Numbered from the whole stretch's first letter, positions 18,969 through 29,699 are shown. The stretch is DNA of 61,964 bases, filler included, from 5 parts of 5 records of this genome joined end to end with filler, not necessarily neighbours in it; one strand, 5' to 3'. Program-made: numbers and translations. The notes: a model not told the origin generated them from the letters alone.

Positions 18969-20248
18969 TCCTGATCTTCGTTGTTGCGGTCTTCCTGACC
19001 TCCGTTTTCATCGGCATTCCGCTGGTCTGGGCAATTCTGATCACCGCTGTCCTGCCGATCATCGTCTTTGATCTCGGCTATCCCTTGCAGGCGCTGTTCC
19101 TGAATTTTATCGGCGGGGTGGAGCCGAACCACTTCCTTGCGATCCCGCTCTTCATCGTCGCCGGGGAAATGATGAGCCGCGGTGGTGTCGGCCTGCGCAT
19201 CATCGGCTTTGCAAGGGCTGCCTTCGGCTTCATGGCAGGCGGGCTCGGCATGGTCGTCGTCGGCGCCTCCATGATTTTCGGCGGCATTTCGGGTTCGGCC
19301 ATTGCCGACAGTGCAGCCATCGGTTCGGTCATGATCAAGAACATGTCCCGCGAGGGCTACAACACCGCCTTCGCCGCCGGTCTGGTGGCTGCAGCCGGGA
19401 CAATCGGCATCATCATCCCACCATCCATTCCGATGCTGATCTACGGCTTTGTCGGCAATGTTTCGGTTGCCGATCTCTTCCTAGGTGGCATGGTTCCCGG
19501 CATTCTGTTCGGCGCCCTGTTCATGGCGGTTTGCTATTATGTCGGCAAGACCACCAAGTGCGACCCCGGTGGGCGCACCACGACCTTCAAGGAATTGACC
19601 AGTTCCTTCATCGGTACCGCCCCTGCCCTGTTCATGCCGATCGTGATCCTCGGCGGCATTTTCACCGGCTGGGTAACCCCGACGGAAGCCGCGGCCCTTG
19701 CCGTCGTCTACGGCCTGTTCGTCACAATTGTTGTCTACCGGGACTTCAAACTCCGCGATCTGCCGCGTCTTCTTATCGACAGCTTCGTCACCAGCGCGGT
19801 GGTGATGGTCGTGATCGGTGCAACGACAGTCCTTGGCTGGCTGATCACGCTTGAACAGATGCCCCAGATCCTGGTCGGTTTCGTGCAGGCGTTTTCAACC
19901 GGACCCTGGATGTTTCTTTTGCTGGTCAATGTCGTGCTTCTGGTCCTCGGTCTCGTTCTCGATCCGGTTCCTGCAATCCTGTTGACGGCACCGCTGTTCC
20001 TGCCGACCGCGCAAGCCTTCGGTGTCGACCCGGTCCATCTGGGTGTGATCATGACCTGCAATGTGGCCGTCGGCCTGTTCACACCTCCGGTTGGCGCAAC
20101 ACTTTATGTTGCCTCGCGGATATCCGGCGTCGGTGTTTTGTCGATCGCCCGCAACATGGCACCGCTCTACATAGCCGCAATCGCCGCCCTGCTCGCCGTG
20201 ACTTACATACCCTTCCTTTCGATGGGTATGGTGAACCTGTTCCGCTGA
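18965..20248 (+). CDS. dctM: TRAP transporter large permease
   Basis: LAIPLFI, GGISGSAIAD, IIIPPSIP, GVDPVHLG, TPPVG motifs. Confidence 0.93.
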   Translation: MILIFVVAVFLTSVFIGIPLVWAILITAVLPIIVFDLGYPLQALFLNFIGGVEPNHFLAIPLFIVAGEMMSRGGVGLRIIGFARAAFGFMAGGLGMVVVGASMIFGGISGSAIADSAAIGSVMIKNMSREGYNTAFAAGLVAAAGTIGIIIPPSIPMLIYGFVGNVSVADLFLGGMVPGILFGALFMAVCYYVGKTTKCDPGGRTTTFKELTSSFIGTAPALFMPIVILGGIFTGWVTPTEAAALAVVYGLFVTIVVYRDFKLRDLPRLLIDSFVTSAVVMVVIGATTVLGWLITLEQMPQILVGFVQAFSTGPWMFLLLVNVVLLVLGLVLDPVPAILLTAPLFLPTAQAFGVDPVHLGVIMTCNVAVGLFTPPVGATLYVASRISGVGVLSIARNMAPLYIAAIAALLAVTYIPFLSMGMVNLFR

Positions 20249-20258
20249 GGAGAAGAAC

Positions 20259-20549
20259 ATGTATGCCGTAACGGTGGTGTTTCAGATCAAGGCCGAGGCG
20301 GTGGAGGATTTTCTGCCGCTCATGATCGCAAACGCCGAAGCGTCCCTGAAGGACGAACCCGGATGCAGGCAATTCGACGTCTGCACCGACCCTGATCGCC
20401 CCGGCGATGTGTTTCTCTATGAACTTTATGACGATGCCGACGCCTTTCAGGCGCATCTGCAAACCCCTCACTTCAAGTCGTTCGATGCAAAGGTTGCCGG
20501 GATGATCGCGCAGAAAACGGTCCGAACCTACACGAAGGTGGTCTCATGA
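20259..20549 (+). CDS. ABM/LsrG-like dimeric alpha-beta barrel protein (putative monooxygenase or isomerase)
   Basis: 96 aa; EPGCRQFDV...FLYELY...AFQAHLQTPHF ABM pattern. Confidence 0.85.
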   Translation: MYAVTVVFQIKAEAVEDFLPLMIANAEASLKDEPGCRQFDVCTDPDRPGDVFLYELYDDADAFQAHLQTPHFKSFDAKVAGMIAQKTVRTYTKVVS

Positions 20550-21343
20550 GCCCCTGGCAGGTTTTCGCGGTCAAATATGCCGACAGGAATGCGCGCACGC
20601 GCAAGGACAGTTTCCTGTTCGACGACAACCACGACCAGCCACACGAGATGGATTACTTCATTTGGGTGCTGCGGCGGCAGGACGAGATCATTCTGGTCGA
20701 CACAGGTTACGACGGCGAGGAAGGTACGCGGCGCGGCCGTCCTGTCCGGCTCAATCCGGTAGAGGCCCTGGCCCCTCTCGGCATTGAACCTGAGGCCGTG
20801 AAGACCATCATCGTCACCCATTTGCATTATGACCACGCGGGCGGCTTGAAGCATTTTCCCAATGCCACCATCCATCTGCAGGCAGCGGAAATGGCTTTCG
20901 CCACAGGTCCCTGCATGTGCCAGGGCGCGATGAAGGCTCCCTACACCGCGGACCATGTCTGTGAAGCTGTGCAGAGGCTCTATTCCGGGCGGGTAATCTT
21001 TCACGAAGGAGATGGCGAAGTCCGGGAAGGACTTACAGTTCATCGCATTGGCGGGCACAGCAAGGGATTGCAGGCTGTTCGTGTACTGACAGAAGCCGGC
21101 TGGATGTGCCTGGCTTCCGACGCGGCCCACTACTACGAGAATTTCCTGGAAGCCAAACCGTTTCCGATCGTGGTCGACATGCAGGACATGCTGGATGGTT
21201 TTGGCACCATTCAGCACCTTGCCAGCTCGATAGACCTTGTTGTGCCGGGACATGACCCCCTGGTGCGAACGCTCTTTCCGCAACACGGCCCGGATCACAT
21301 CTTCCGTCTCGACCGTGGTCCGCTCAAGGGGATCCGCTCATGA
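20546..21343 (+). CDS. Metallo-beta-lactamase fold lactonase (AHL-lactonase-like family)
   Basis: VDTG, THLHYDHAG (HxHxDH), GHSKG, ASDAAH, PGHD motifs. Confidence 0.88.
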   Translation: MSPWQVFAVKYADRNARTRKDSFLFDDNHDQPHEMDYFIWVLRRQDEIILVDTGYDGEEGTRRGRPVRLNPVEALAPLGIEPEAVKTIIVTHLHYDHAGGLKHFPNATIHLQAAEMAFATGPCMCQGAMKAPYTADHVCEAVQRLYSGRVIFHEGDGEVREGLTVHRIGGHSKGLQAVRVLTEAGWMCLASDAAHYYENFLEAKPFPIVVDMQDMLDGFGTIQHLASSIDLVVPGHDPLVRTLFPQHGPDHIFRLDRGPLKGIRS

Positions 21344-22572
21344 AGCTGGGCGTGATCGCGGATGATTTTACCGGAGCCTCCGACATTGCATTGATGCTGT
21401 CGGAAGGCGGCATGACGGCGGCTCAATATGTCGGTGTGCCCGATGTTCCGGCACTTGCGTCGGTGGACGCCGGCATCATCAGTCTGAAGTCCCGAACGAT
21501 CCCAGCTGCAGAGGCAGTTGCCCAGTCCCTGCGAGCCTGCGACTGGCTGACCGCTCAGGGATGCAAGCAGATTGTCTTCAAGATCTGTTCGACGTTCGAT
21601 TCGACCGACGAAGGCAATATCGGCCCTGTGGCGGAAGCCCTTGCCGACAGGCTTGGCGAGACATGTGTGATCGTCTGCCCGGCCTTTCCGGAAAACGGAC
21701 GAACCGTCTACCAGGGACATCTCTTCGTCGCAGACAGGCTTTTGAGCGAAAGCGGCATGCGCCACCATCCGTTGACGCCAATGGGCGACCCGGACATCCG
21801 GCGGGTGCTGGCTCGTCAGACGTCCTGGGCAGTCGGTCATGTCTCCCTCGATCACGTGGCAGATGGTCCGGCCGCAATCAATCTCGCCTGCCCTGCCGAC
21901 GGCAAGTCGATGGTGATTGTGGATGCAATCCGCAACGATGATCTTGCAACCATTGGGCGGGCAATCGCGGCACGAAAGCTTCTTGTCGGAGGCTCGGGCT
22001 TGGCACTCGGCTTGCCCAAGAACTTTGGCCACGCGCCTGCGGCAGCGAACTGGACCGGACATTCGGGCAAAGCCGTGGTTCTGTCCGGTTCATGTTCAAT
22101 GGCAACTCGCACCCAGGTCGCGAGCTACAAGGCCATTGCGCCCTCGCGTGAACTGAACGTCGATGACATCATGGCAAAGACACTGTCGGTGCAGGAAATC
22201 GCCGGCTGGGTACTTCACCAGGACGCATCGCCCCTGCTTTATTCCTCCGCCGACCCGGAGGTGGTGGGTGCTGCCCAACAAAAACACGGCAGGGAAAAAA
22301 GCGCGACGGCGATTGAGCAGTTTTTTTCCGATCTGGCGGCGTCGCTGTTCAACGCCGGTGTCAGCCGAATGGTGGTCGCCGGCGGCGAAACGTCAGGGGC
22401 CGTTGTTTCCGGTCTCGGGGCAAACACGCTGGATATCGGTCCGAAGATCGCGCCGGGTGTTCCCGCGCTCAAGGTGAGCGGTCAGCCGCTGGCGCTGGCG
22501 CTGAAATCCGGCAACTTCGGTGGCCCGAACTTCTTCTCCGAGGCGCTCAGCGTTCTGGAGACAAGCCGATGA
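21340..22572 (+). CDS. otnK: 3-oxo-tetronate kinase (four-carbon acid sugar kinase, DUF1537)
   Basis: GVIADDFTGASD, KICSTFDST..GNIGP, GSCSMAT, GGETSGAV, LKSGNFG. Confidence 0.88.
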   Translation: MKLGVIADDFTGASDIALMLSEGGMTAAQYVGVPDVPALASVDAGIISLKSRTIPAAEAVAQSLRACDWLTAQGCKQIVFKICSTFDSTDEGNIGPVAEALADRLGETCVIVCPAFPENGRTVYQGHLFVADRLLSESGMRHHPLTPMGDPDIRRVLARQTSWAVGHVSLDHVADGPAAINLACPADGKSMVIVDAIRNDDLATIGRAIAARKLLVGGSGLALGLPKNFGHAPAAANWTGHSGKAVVLSGSCSMATRTQVASYKAIAPSRELNVDDIMAKTLSVQEIAGWVLHQDASPLLYSSADPEVVGAAQQKHGREKSATAIEQFFSDLAASLFNAGVSRMVVAGGETSGAVVSGLGANTLDIGPKIAPGVPALKVSGQPLALALKSGNFGGPNFFSEALSVLETSR

Positions 22573-23216
22573 GCGAAAGCGCAACCACCCGCGAACAGAT
22601 TTGCCTGATGGCAAAATCGATGTTCGACCGTGGTTTGACACATGGATCGACCGGCAATCTCTCCGTTCGTCTGTCGGATGGCACATTGCTCGTTACCCCG
22701 ACCGGCTCCTCCATGGGGTTTCTGGACCCGGCCCGGATCAGCCATCTTTCTGCCCACGGCGAACTGCTTTCGGGTGACAGGCCGACGAAGGAAATCCCGC
22801 TTCACACGGCCTTTTACGAGACCCGCCATTCGGCAGGTGCGGTCGTGCATCTTCATTCGTGCCACTCGGTTGCGCTTTCCCTGTTGCCGGAGATCGATCC
22901 GGACAACGTTCTGCCACCCCTGACGGCCTATGGGATCATGCAGCTAGGCAAGGTGAAGCTTCTGCCGTTTTTCGTGCCGGGAGATCCGGCAATGGGAGAC
23001 GCGGTCCGAGGACTTGCAGGCCGTCGTTCTGCCGTTCTGCTGGCCAACCACGGGCCCGTTGTTGCCGGCCGGGATCTGGCTGCCGCCGTCCATGCCATGG
23101 AAGAGCTGGAAGCAACAGCCAGGCTTGCCCTTCTGCTTCGCGGCACTGCCGCAACGGCGCTCAATCCGGACCAGATCGGCCGGATCGTCGAGCGCTACGA
23201 CGTTGATTGGATTTGA
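22569..23216 (+). CDS. otnC: 3-oxo-tetronate 4-phosphate decarboxylase (class II aldolase fold)
   Basis: GSTGNLS, PTKEIPLH, VVHLHS, LLANHG metal motifs; coupled to otnK. Confidence 0.85.
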   Translation: MSESATTREQICLMAKSMFDRGLTHGSTGNLSVRLSDGTLLVTPTGSSMGFLDPARISHLSAHGELLSGDRPTKEIPLHTAFYETRHSAGAVVHLHSCHSVALSLLPEIDPDNVLPPLTAYGIMQLGKVKLLPFFVPGDPAMGDAVRGLAGRRSAVLLANHGPVVAGRDLAAAVHAMEELEATARLALLLRGTAATALNPDQIGRIVERYDVDWI

Positions 23217-23227
23217 GGAACAGTCCC

Positions 23228-24343
23228 ATGAAAATTGCCCTGATAAAAGGTGACGGTATTGGCGTCGATGTGGCGGAAGCAGCCATTGCCGTGCTGGAAA
23301 CAGCCTTGAAGCACACGGGAGAACCCGCGCCCCGCTATGACGAGATCCAGGCAGGGGCGGGTTACTTCAAGGAGACTGGCCTCGACATCGAAGACGGCGG
23401 AGAGGAACGCGCGGGGCTTGCCGATGCAATTTTCCTTGGGGCCATCGGCCTTCCCTCGATCCGGCATGCAAACGGCACGGAGATCTCGCCGCATTTGCGC
23501 CTGCGCGATCGCTTTGGGCTTTATGCGGGTGTTCGCCCGGTCAAAGCCTATCCCAACGCACCGCAAAGGCTCGCCGATCCGCGCGCTGCCGATATCGATC
23601 TCGTTATCCTGCGGGAATCTACCGAAGGGCTGTTCTACTCTGCAGCAGCACACAAGCGCAGCCTCGTAGTCAATGATGACGAAGTTCAGGATGTCTTGCG
23701 CATCACGCGCAAAACCACCACCAAGCTGCATCGCTTTGCATTCAACCTTGCCCGCAAACGGCGCGAGCGCGGCCATCTGGGCAAACTCACCTGCGTCGAC
23801 AAGGCGAATGTGTTCACCTCTCTGGCCTTCTTCCGCCAGATCTTCGACGAAGTGAAATCGGAATTTGCCGACGTGCCTGTCGGCTACAATTACGTCGACG
23901 CACAAGCGCTTGACCTTGTGCGCAAGCCCTGGGAGTTCGACGTTCTGGTGATGGAAAACATGTTCGGCGACATCCTTTCGGACCTTGCCGGTGGCCTGGT
24001 GGGTGGCATGGGCATGGCCGCCTGTGGGGAGATCGGCGACACCACCGGATTGTTTCAGCCTGCCCACGGCAGCGCCCCCGACATCATGGGAGAAGACAAG
24101 GCCAACCCGCTGGCCGCGATCTTGAGTGCTGCGCTGATGCTGGACTATCTCGCCGAGAAGTTGGACAAGCCCTCCCTTGCCGATGCCGCAGACCTGATCA
24201 ACGGCGCGGTCGACACCGGCTTTCAGGAAAATGTGTTGCGACCGATGGAATTCGGCGGTGACATGGGAACCAGGGCGGTCACGAACCAACTGCTTACGCT
24301 TATCGGATCATCGACTGCGATCAGAAGGTCTGCCAGCGCCTAG
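23228..24343 (+). CDS. Beta-decarboxylating dehydrogenase (isocitrate/isopropylmalate/tartrate family)
   Basis: [44 protein letters not shown] motifs; start ATG 23228. Confidence 0.9.
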   Translation: MKIALIKGDGIGVDVAEAAIAVLETALKHTGEPAPRYDEIQAGAGYFKETGLDIEDGGEERAGLADAIFLGAIGLPSIRHANGTEISPHLRLRDRFGLYAGVRPVKAYPNAPQRLADPRAADIDLVILRESTEGLFYSAAAHKRSLVVNDDEVQDVLRITRKTTTKLHRFAFNLARKRRERGHLGKLTCVDKANVFTSLAFFRQIFDEVKSEFADVPVGYNYVDAQALDLVRKPWEFDVLVMENMFGDILSDLAGGLVGGMGMAACGEIGDTTGLFQPAHGSAPDIMGEDKANPLAAILSAALMLDYLAEKLDKPSLADAADLINGAVDTGFQENVLRPMEFGGDMGTRAVTNQLLTLIGSSTAIRRSASA

Positions 24344-24371
24344 TGCGCACTGGCATCACGCCGACAGCACG

Positions 24372-25406
24372 TCACTTCAGCTTGCGGGAAATGCCACCAC
24401 AGCTCTCGCGCACGATGAGATCCCCGTGGAGCAGATGAGTGCGCGTTTCCAGGGACCGGTTCGCAAGGCGATCGAGCAGGATTGTCATGGCCTTTTCGCC
24501 GATATGTTGCCGGGGTTGGCGGATTGTCGTCAATCCGGGTGTGAAATTGTTGGCAAAGGGAATGTCGTCGAAACCAAGCACGGAGAAATCTTCCGGGACG
24601 CGGTAGCCACGCAGTTGAAGCGCCGAGATGACCCCAATGGCGGTGTTGTCGTTGAAACAGAAGAAAGCGGTCGGCAGGTCGTCCTTGATGAACAGCCGTT
24701 CGACGGCGGCACGCCCGCTCTCGCTGGAGCCGTCGCCCTCCACGCGCCAGTCGCGCAGTGCCTCGGGCGATTCCTTCAAGCCTTGCAAGTAACCGGAATG
24801 GCGCAGATCGCTGCGTATGTCAGCCGGCCCGCCAGAGATGTAGGTGATCCTGCGGTGCCCAAGCGAGATCAGGTATTCGGTCGCGACTTTGGAGGCCGCA
24901 ACATCATCCACTCCGACGTAGCTGATTTCGGGGTTCGAGACCGGACGCTCGGTCGCAACGATCGGCGGCAGGTTGGTGAGCGGTGTTTGTGGCTGTCCGG
25001 CAACCGGAATATGTCCTGTCAGCAAGACAAGCCCGTCGGCCATGCCCGTCGACAGGAAACGCAGGTAGTTCTGCTCCAGTCCGCTGGTACCTTCGGTGTT
25101 GCCGATGAGGACACCATAACCACGGTCGTTTGCCGCCTTTTCCAGCCCTGTCAGAATGCCGGCAAAGTTTGGATCAGCAATGGAAGACGCCAGCACCAGC
25201 ACCATCTGTGAGCGCTGCATGCGCAGGTTCTGCGCCATGGCGTTGGCGGTGTAGCCGGTCCGGGCAATGGCGGCCGTAACCTTCTTGCGCGTGCTCTCGG
25301 CAACCTTCTCCGGCGAGCGCAAGGCCCTGCTGACGGTCGCGATGGATACGCCCGCCAGTTTCGCAACGTCTTCAATGGTCGCCGGCCGCTCGCCCGGTTC
25401 GCTCAT
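24372..25406 (-). CDS. LacI family transcriptional regulator
   Basis: [42 protein letters not shown]. Confidence 0.95.
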   Translation of the reverse strand: MSEPGERPATIEDVAKLAGVSIATVSRALRSPEKVAESTRKKVTAAIARTGYTANAMAQNLRMQRSQMVLVLASSIADPNFAGILTGLEKAANDRGYGVLIGNTEGTSGLEQNYLRFLSTGMADGLVLLTGHIPVAGQPQTPLTNLPPIVATERPVSNPEISYVGVDDVAASKVATEYLISLGHRRITYISGGPADIRSDLRHSGYLQGLKESPEALRDWRVEGDGSSESGRAAVERLFIKDDLPTAFFCFNDNTAIGVISALQLRGYRVPEDFSVLGFDDIPFANNFTPGLTTIRQPRQHIGEKAMTILLDRLANRSLETRTHLLHGDLIVRESCGGISRKLK

Positions 25407-25496
25407 TTTCTATTTCCAGACATGCTGCGGTGCGGCCTCGTGGTAAGTCCATGAATCGCAACGCCATCTACGCTGTATAGAACGCATTGCACATAA

Positions 25497-25553
25497 TGAA
25501 AAGGTTTACAGAGGCCAATGTAAAGGTTTACACGATCCATGAAAACGTTTACA
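25497..25553. promoter_or_regulatory. Three tandem LacI-type operators
   Basis: TGAAAAGGTTTACA (25497), TGTAAAGGTTTACA (25519), TGAAAACGTTTACA (25540) between divergent lacI-like and ABC genes. Confidence 0.8.
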
Positions 25554-25608
25554 TCAAACGCACGGCGCCATTGAGGAAGAGGACTTTGGCGCCTTGGGAG
25601 GAACAAGA

Positions 25609-25767
<159 letters not shown>

Positions 25768-25867
25768 NNNNNNNNNNNNNNNNNNNNNNNNNNNNNNNNN
25801 NNNNNNNNNNNTTAATTAATTAANNNNNNNNNNNNNNNNNNNNNNNNNNNNNNNNNNNNNNNNNNNN
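25768..25867. other. Artificial contig spacer
   Basis: N-run flanking TTAATTAATTAA (stops in all frames). Confidence 0.99.
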
Positions 25868-26041
25868 CTACGAGGAAGGCAACTCAAGGTGAATAACGGA
25901 GTTGCCCTGCCACCAAAACGCCTTTTATCAACATTCCACAGTGACTCGTAGTAGAATGAATGCCCAAATGCAGGCGACTGGACGCGGGCAACTGGACGCG
26001 ACGACGATACTTTAATGCCTTGAGACGAGGATTGTTCAAAC

Positions 26042-27748
26042 GTGGTGATGCTAGAAGCTGGTGAAATTCTCCACCGTCGCGGTTTGCTCGACAGCGAGCA
26101 ACTGAAGACACTGCGCGAACAGTCTCTGGCGGCCGGTGACCTGGTCAACTCCGCCATCGGCCAAGGCATGTGCGACGAAGAGCACGCGCTCCGAGCCCTT
26201 GGTGACGAACTGGGCATGGAGTACGTTGACCTTCGCAATGCCGATGTTGACCTCGAAGTTGTCGGCAGCTTTCCGCAAAAGCTGATCTATCGCCACTCAC
26301 TCTTTCCTCTTTCCAGGGTCAACGGTTCATTGACCGTTGCAACCAGCGATCCGCTGGACGTGTACGCGCTCGACGAAGCCAGCGCCGCGACTGGATTGAC
26401 CATTGTCCCGGTCGTCGCCGAGAAAGCCGAAATCGCCCGGCTGATGAAAAAGCACTTGGGCGTCGGTTCGGAGACGGTCGAAGGACTGTTGGCGGCCAAG
26501 GAAGAAGAGGGTGATATCCAACTGCTGGAGGATATCGAGACCGATGGCAGCGAACTGAGCGAGATGGCTCAGGAAGCATCGGTTGTTCGCCTGGTGAATG
26601 AAATCCTCGTCGAAGCGATCGACTCGCGGGCGAGTGACGTGCACGTTGAATCGCAGTCCGGTGGACTGGTAATTCGCTACCGCATCGACGGCATCCTGCA
26701 TGTGCAGCCCGTTCCACCGGAGATCAACCGGTTCCAAGCTGCCATCATTAGCCGCTTGAAGATTATGGCCAAGCTGAATATCGCCGAAAAGCGATTGCCT
26801 CAGGACGGTCGAATCAAGTTGAAGGTGCATGGTCGTGAGATCGACATTCGTCTGTCGGTGATCCCGATGATCCACGGCGAAGGCTTGGTGATGCGTATTC
26901 TCGACAAGGGGGCGATGAAATTCGACCTCCAAGGGCTCGGGATGGATCCGCACACCTACAAGATCTTTAGCAAACTGATCCGCTTACCGCACGGCATCAT
27001 CCTGGTAACCGGGCCGACTGGTTCTGGTAAGACCACAACGCTTTACAGTTCCCTGCTCGAGATCCGCAGCCCAGAGAACAAAATTATTACCACCGAGGAT
27101 CCGGTCGAATACCAGCTTGATGGTATTAACCAGATTCAAGTGCACAGCAAAATTGGTTTGACGTTTGCCGCGTCGCTGCGAAGTATTCTACGTCATGACC
27201 CGGACATTGTGCTGGTCGGTGAAATTCGGGACCAAGAGACGGCGGAAAATGCGATCCAAGCATCGTTGACCGGTCACATGGTCTTTAGCACGCTGCACAC
27301 CAACGACGCCGCCGGTGCATTCACCCGTATGGTCGACATGGGCGTTGAACCGTTCTTGGTTTCAAGTACCGTCGAAGGCATCATGGCGCAGCGGTTGATT
27401 CGTCGCTTGTGCAATGAATGCAAGGAAGCGTACACGCCGAACCGGGACGATTTGCCAGAGGATTTCCCGTGGGAGAAACTCGAGGGCAAGCAGTTGTATC
27501 GAAGTGTTGGATGCCGAACATGCCGTCAGGTTGGTTACGCTGGGCGGATGGGTATCTATGAACTGCTAGTTACCAACGAAGACATTAAAGCACTTGCGCA
27601 CGAACGTGTGAGTACTTGGGACATCAAGCAGGCGGCCCTGAAGGCTGGCATGCGAACCTTACGAATGGATGCGTGGGACAAGGCCATTGCAGGTGGCACC
27701 ACCATTGACGAAGTACTGCGGGTCACCAAGGGAGACCGAATCGCCTAG
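26042..27748 (+). CDS. gspE: Type II secretion/pilus assembly ATPase GspE/PilB family
   Basis: ASDVHVE, RLPQDGR, Walker A GPTGSGKT, TEDPVEY, LRHDPD, STLHTND, CxxC zinc motifs. Confidence 0.95.
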   Translation: MVMLEAGEILHRRGLLDSEQLKTLREQSLAAGDLVNSAIGQGMCDEEHALRALGDELGMEYVDLRNADVDLEVVGSFPQKLIYRHSLFPLSRVNGSLTVATSDPLDVYALDEASAATGLTIVPVVAEKAEIARLMKKHLGVGSETVEGLLAAKEEEGDIQLLEDIETDGSELSEMAQEASVVRLVNEILVEAIDSRASDVHVESQSGGLVIRYRIDGILHVQPVPPEINRFQAAIISRLKIMAKLNIAEKRLPQDGRIKLKVHGREIDIRLSVIPMIHGEGLVMRILDKGAMKFDLQGLGMDPHTYKIFSKLIRLPHGIILVTGPTGSGKTTTLYSSLLEIRSPENKIITTEDPVEYQLDGINQIQVHSKIGLTFAASLRSILRHDPDIVLVGEIRDQETAENAIQASLTGHMVFSTLHTNDAAGAFTRMVDMGVEPFLVSSTVEGIMAQRLIRRLCNECKEAYTPNRDDLPEDFPWEKLEGKQLYRSVGCRTCRQVGYAGRMGIYELLVTNEDIKALAHERVSTWDIKQAALKAGMRTLRMDAWDKAIAGGTTIDEVLRVTKGDRIA

Positions 27749-27941
27749 AATCACCTTTATCACGCCCAGCCCCTACCCACCGAACCCCACCCACCTCCAG
27801 AAACGACGCCACTTGAGGCTTCTGGTCGACGTCCTGACACGACGCCTGGATGCCCAGCTTGGCAGAGAGCTCAACATCGGGCACCGCTCGGCCCTCGTAA
27901 ACACTCAAGCGACCGTCAACCTGACGATGCACTGAAACGTT

Positions 27942-29141
27942 ATGCCAGATTTTGCATATACAGCCCGTGATATGACGGGACAGAAAAAGACAGGAGTCCT
28001 GTCGGCGAACAGCCAGCATGATGCCCTCGTGCAACTCGACTCGATGTCGTTGATGCCTGTCGAGATCAAAGCAGCTCAGTCGGCTGATGCTGTCAGGTCG
28101 AAACGGGTCAGCGGTCAGGTGATGGCCAACGCCTACAACCAGATGGCGGCATTGCTGCGAAGTGGTGTTCCGCTGATGCGTGCTCTAACGGTGATGAGTC
28201 AGCAGGCCAGCAAGCCAGCGCTCAAGGCCGTCCTAGAAGAAGTCAAAGCAAGAGTCGAAGACGGCGAGCCGCTCCCAGAGGCAATGGCTCGTTACCCAAA
28301 AGTGTTCAATGACATGGCCGTCAACATGGTGCGAGCCGGCACCGAGGGTGGTTTCCTTGAAGACTCGCTCGAGCGAGTCGCGATGTTTACCGAACAGCAG
28401 GAAGACTTGAAGGGGCGTGCAGCCGGTGCACTTGCCTACCCGATCTTCCTAGCCTGCGTCGGCGGCGCTGTCGTCGTGGTCTTGATCGTCTTCTTTGTAC
28501 CTAAGTTTGAGCCACTGTTTGGAAAGCTTCGCGAAAACGGGCAGCTTCCCGCCGCGACTGACATGTTGCTCAATTTTAGTGAGTTTTTGCAGACATCCTG
28601 GTTCGGCATTATCGCTGTCGCAATCTCGGCTGTATTTGGTTTGATCTCTTTCCTGCGTACCGATCGCGGCAAGTACGTTCGCGACTTGGTGAAGATCAAG
28701 ATTCCGGCCTTTGGTTCGATCTTCTTGAACCTGGCTGTCGCGAGATTCTGCCGGGTATTCGGAACGCTGCTTGAGAATGGTGTTCCCATTCTGCGAGCGC
28801 TCGACATCAGCAGAAATGCGGCCGGGAATTTGATCCTGAGCGATTCGATCGAGAAAGCCAGCGAGAATATCACCGCCGGTGAAAAGCTAGCAACGCCTTT
28901 GGCCCAGTCCGGTCACTTCCCCAAGCAGGTGGTTGAGATGATTTCGGTTGCCGAAGAGTCCAACACGCTGGATTCCGTGATGGTGCAAATATCGGACTCC
29001 CTTGAGCGAACAACGTTCCGTCGGCTGGATATTTTGGTCCGCCTGCTCGAACCCATGATGCTCCTGGTGATGGCCGGGATTGTCTTTTTTATCGTTTTGG
29101 CGTTAATGGTACCGCTACTTAACAGTGCTGGCTCGGTTTAA
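27942..29141 (+). CDS. gspF: Type II secretion inner-membrane platform protein GspF/PilC
   Basis: LLRSGVPL, AGTEGG, ALAYP, FFVPKF, LLEP motifs; three TM segments. Confidence 0.93.
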   Translation: MPDFAYTARDMTGQKKTGVLSANSQHDALVQLDSMSLMPVEIKAAQSADAVRSKRVSGQVMANAYNQMAALLRSGVPLMRALTVMSQQASKPALKAVLEEVKARVEDGEPLPEAMARYPKVFNDMAVNMVRAGTEGGFLEDSLERVAMFTEQQEDLKGRAAGALAYPIFLACVGGAVVVVLIVFFVPKFEPLFGKLRENGQLPAATDMLLNFSEFLQTSWFGIIAVAISAVFGLISFLRTDRGKYVRDLVKIKIPAFGSIFLNLAVARFCRVFGTLLENGVPILRALDISRNAAGNLILSDSIEKASENITAGEKLATPLAQSGHFPKQVVEMISVAEESNTLDSVMVQISDSLERTTFRRLDILVRLLEPMMLLVMAGIVFFIVLALMVPLLNSAGSV

Positions 29142-29249
29142 TCGATCCAGCGGATGTTTGCAGCCAGATATAGTCACATTCGAATGCGAAACAATCGCGT
29201 TCCTACAGCAACAAATCCACTAAACACCGATCATTTTTGGAGTAAACCA

Positions 29250-29699
29250 ATGAAGAGAGCACGTCGTCCTTCGCGAAGCAGTGTCCGTATGTCCGGGCGA
29301 AAAATGAGTGTTCGTCAGATGTCACGCGCTGCGTTCACCCTGATGGAAGTCATGCTAGTGCTCGTCATCATTGCTGCCATCGCTGGCATCGCGGTGATGA
29401 ACTTGGGCGGCTTCCAGAAGCGAGCTCTGGAGAACAAGACACGCGCCGAGATCAGTGTCATCAAGAACGCTCTGAAGAGCTACAAGCTTGAAATGTTCAC
29501 TTATCCAGAAGAGCTGAATGCTCTTTATGAAAAGCCATCTGGATTGGTCGACGAATCGAAGTGGTTTCAGGTGATGGATAAGCCAATCGAGGGCGACGCT
29601 TGGGGCAACCCTTACGAGTACGAGACGGATGGCAAGACATTCACCATCCGTAGCGTCGGGGAAGACGGTCAAAGTGGTACCGAAGACGACATCTCCTAG
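29250..29699 (+). CDS. gspG: Major pseudopilin GspG
   Basis: Basic leader then AA-FTLMEVMLVLVII; DAWGNPYEY and SVGEDGQSGTEDDI GspG C-terminal motifs; start ATG 29250 after GGAG. Confidence 0.9.
   Translation: MKRARRPSRSSVRMSGRKMSVRQMSRAAFTLMEVMLVLVIIAAIAGIAVMNLGGFQKRALENKTRAEISVIKNALKSYKLEMFTYPEELNALYEKPSGLVDESKWFQVMDKPIEGDAWGNPYEYETDGKTFTIRSVGEDGQSGTEDDIS

Noticed and set aside
23228-24343. leuB or icd housekeeping call
   Set aside because: No leuCD nearby and the gene sits in a catabolic operon; family is clear but substrate is not.
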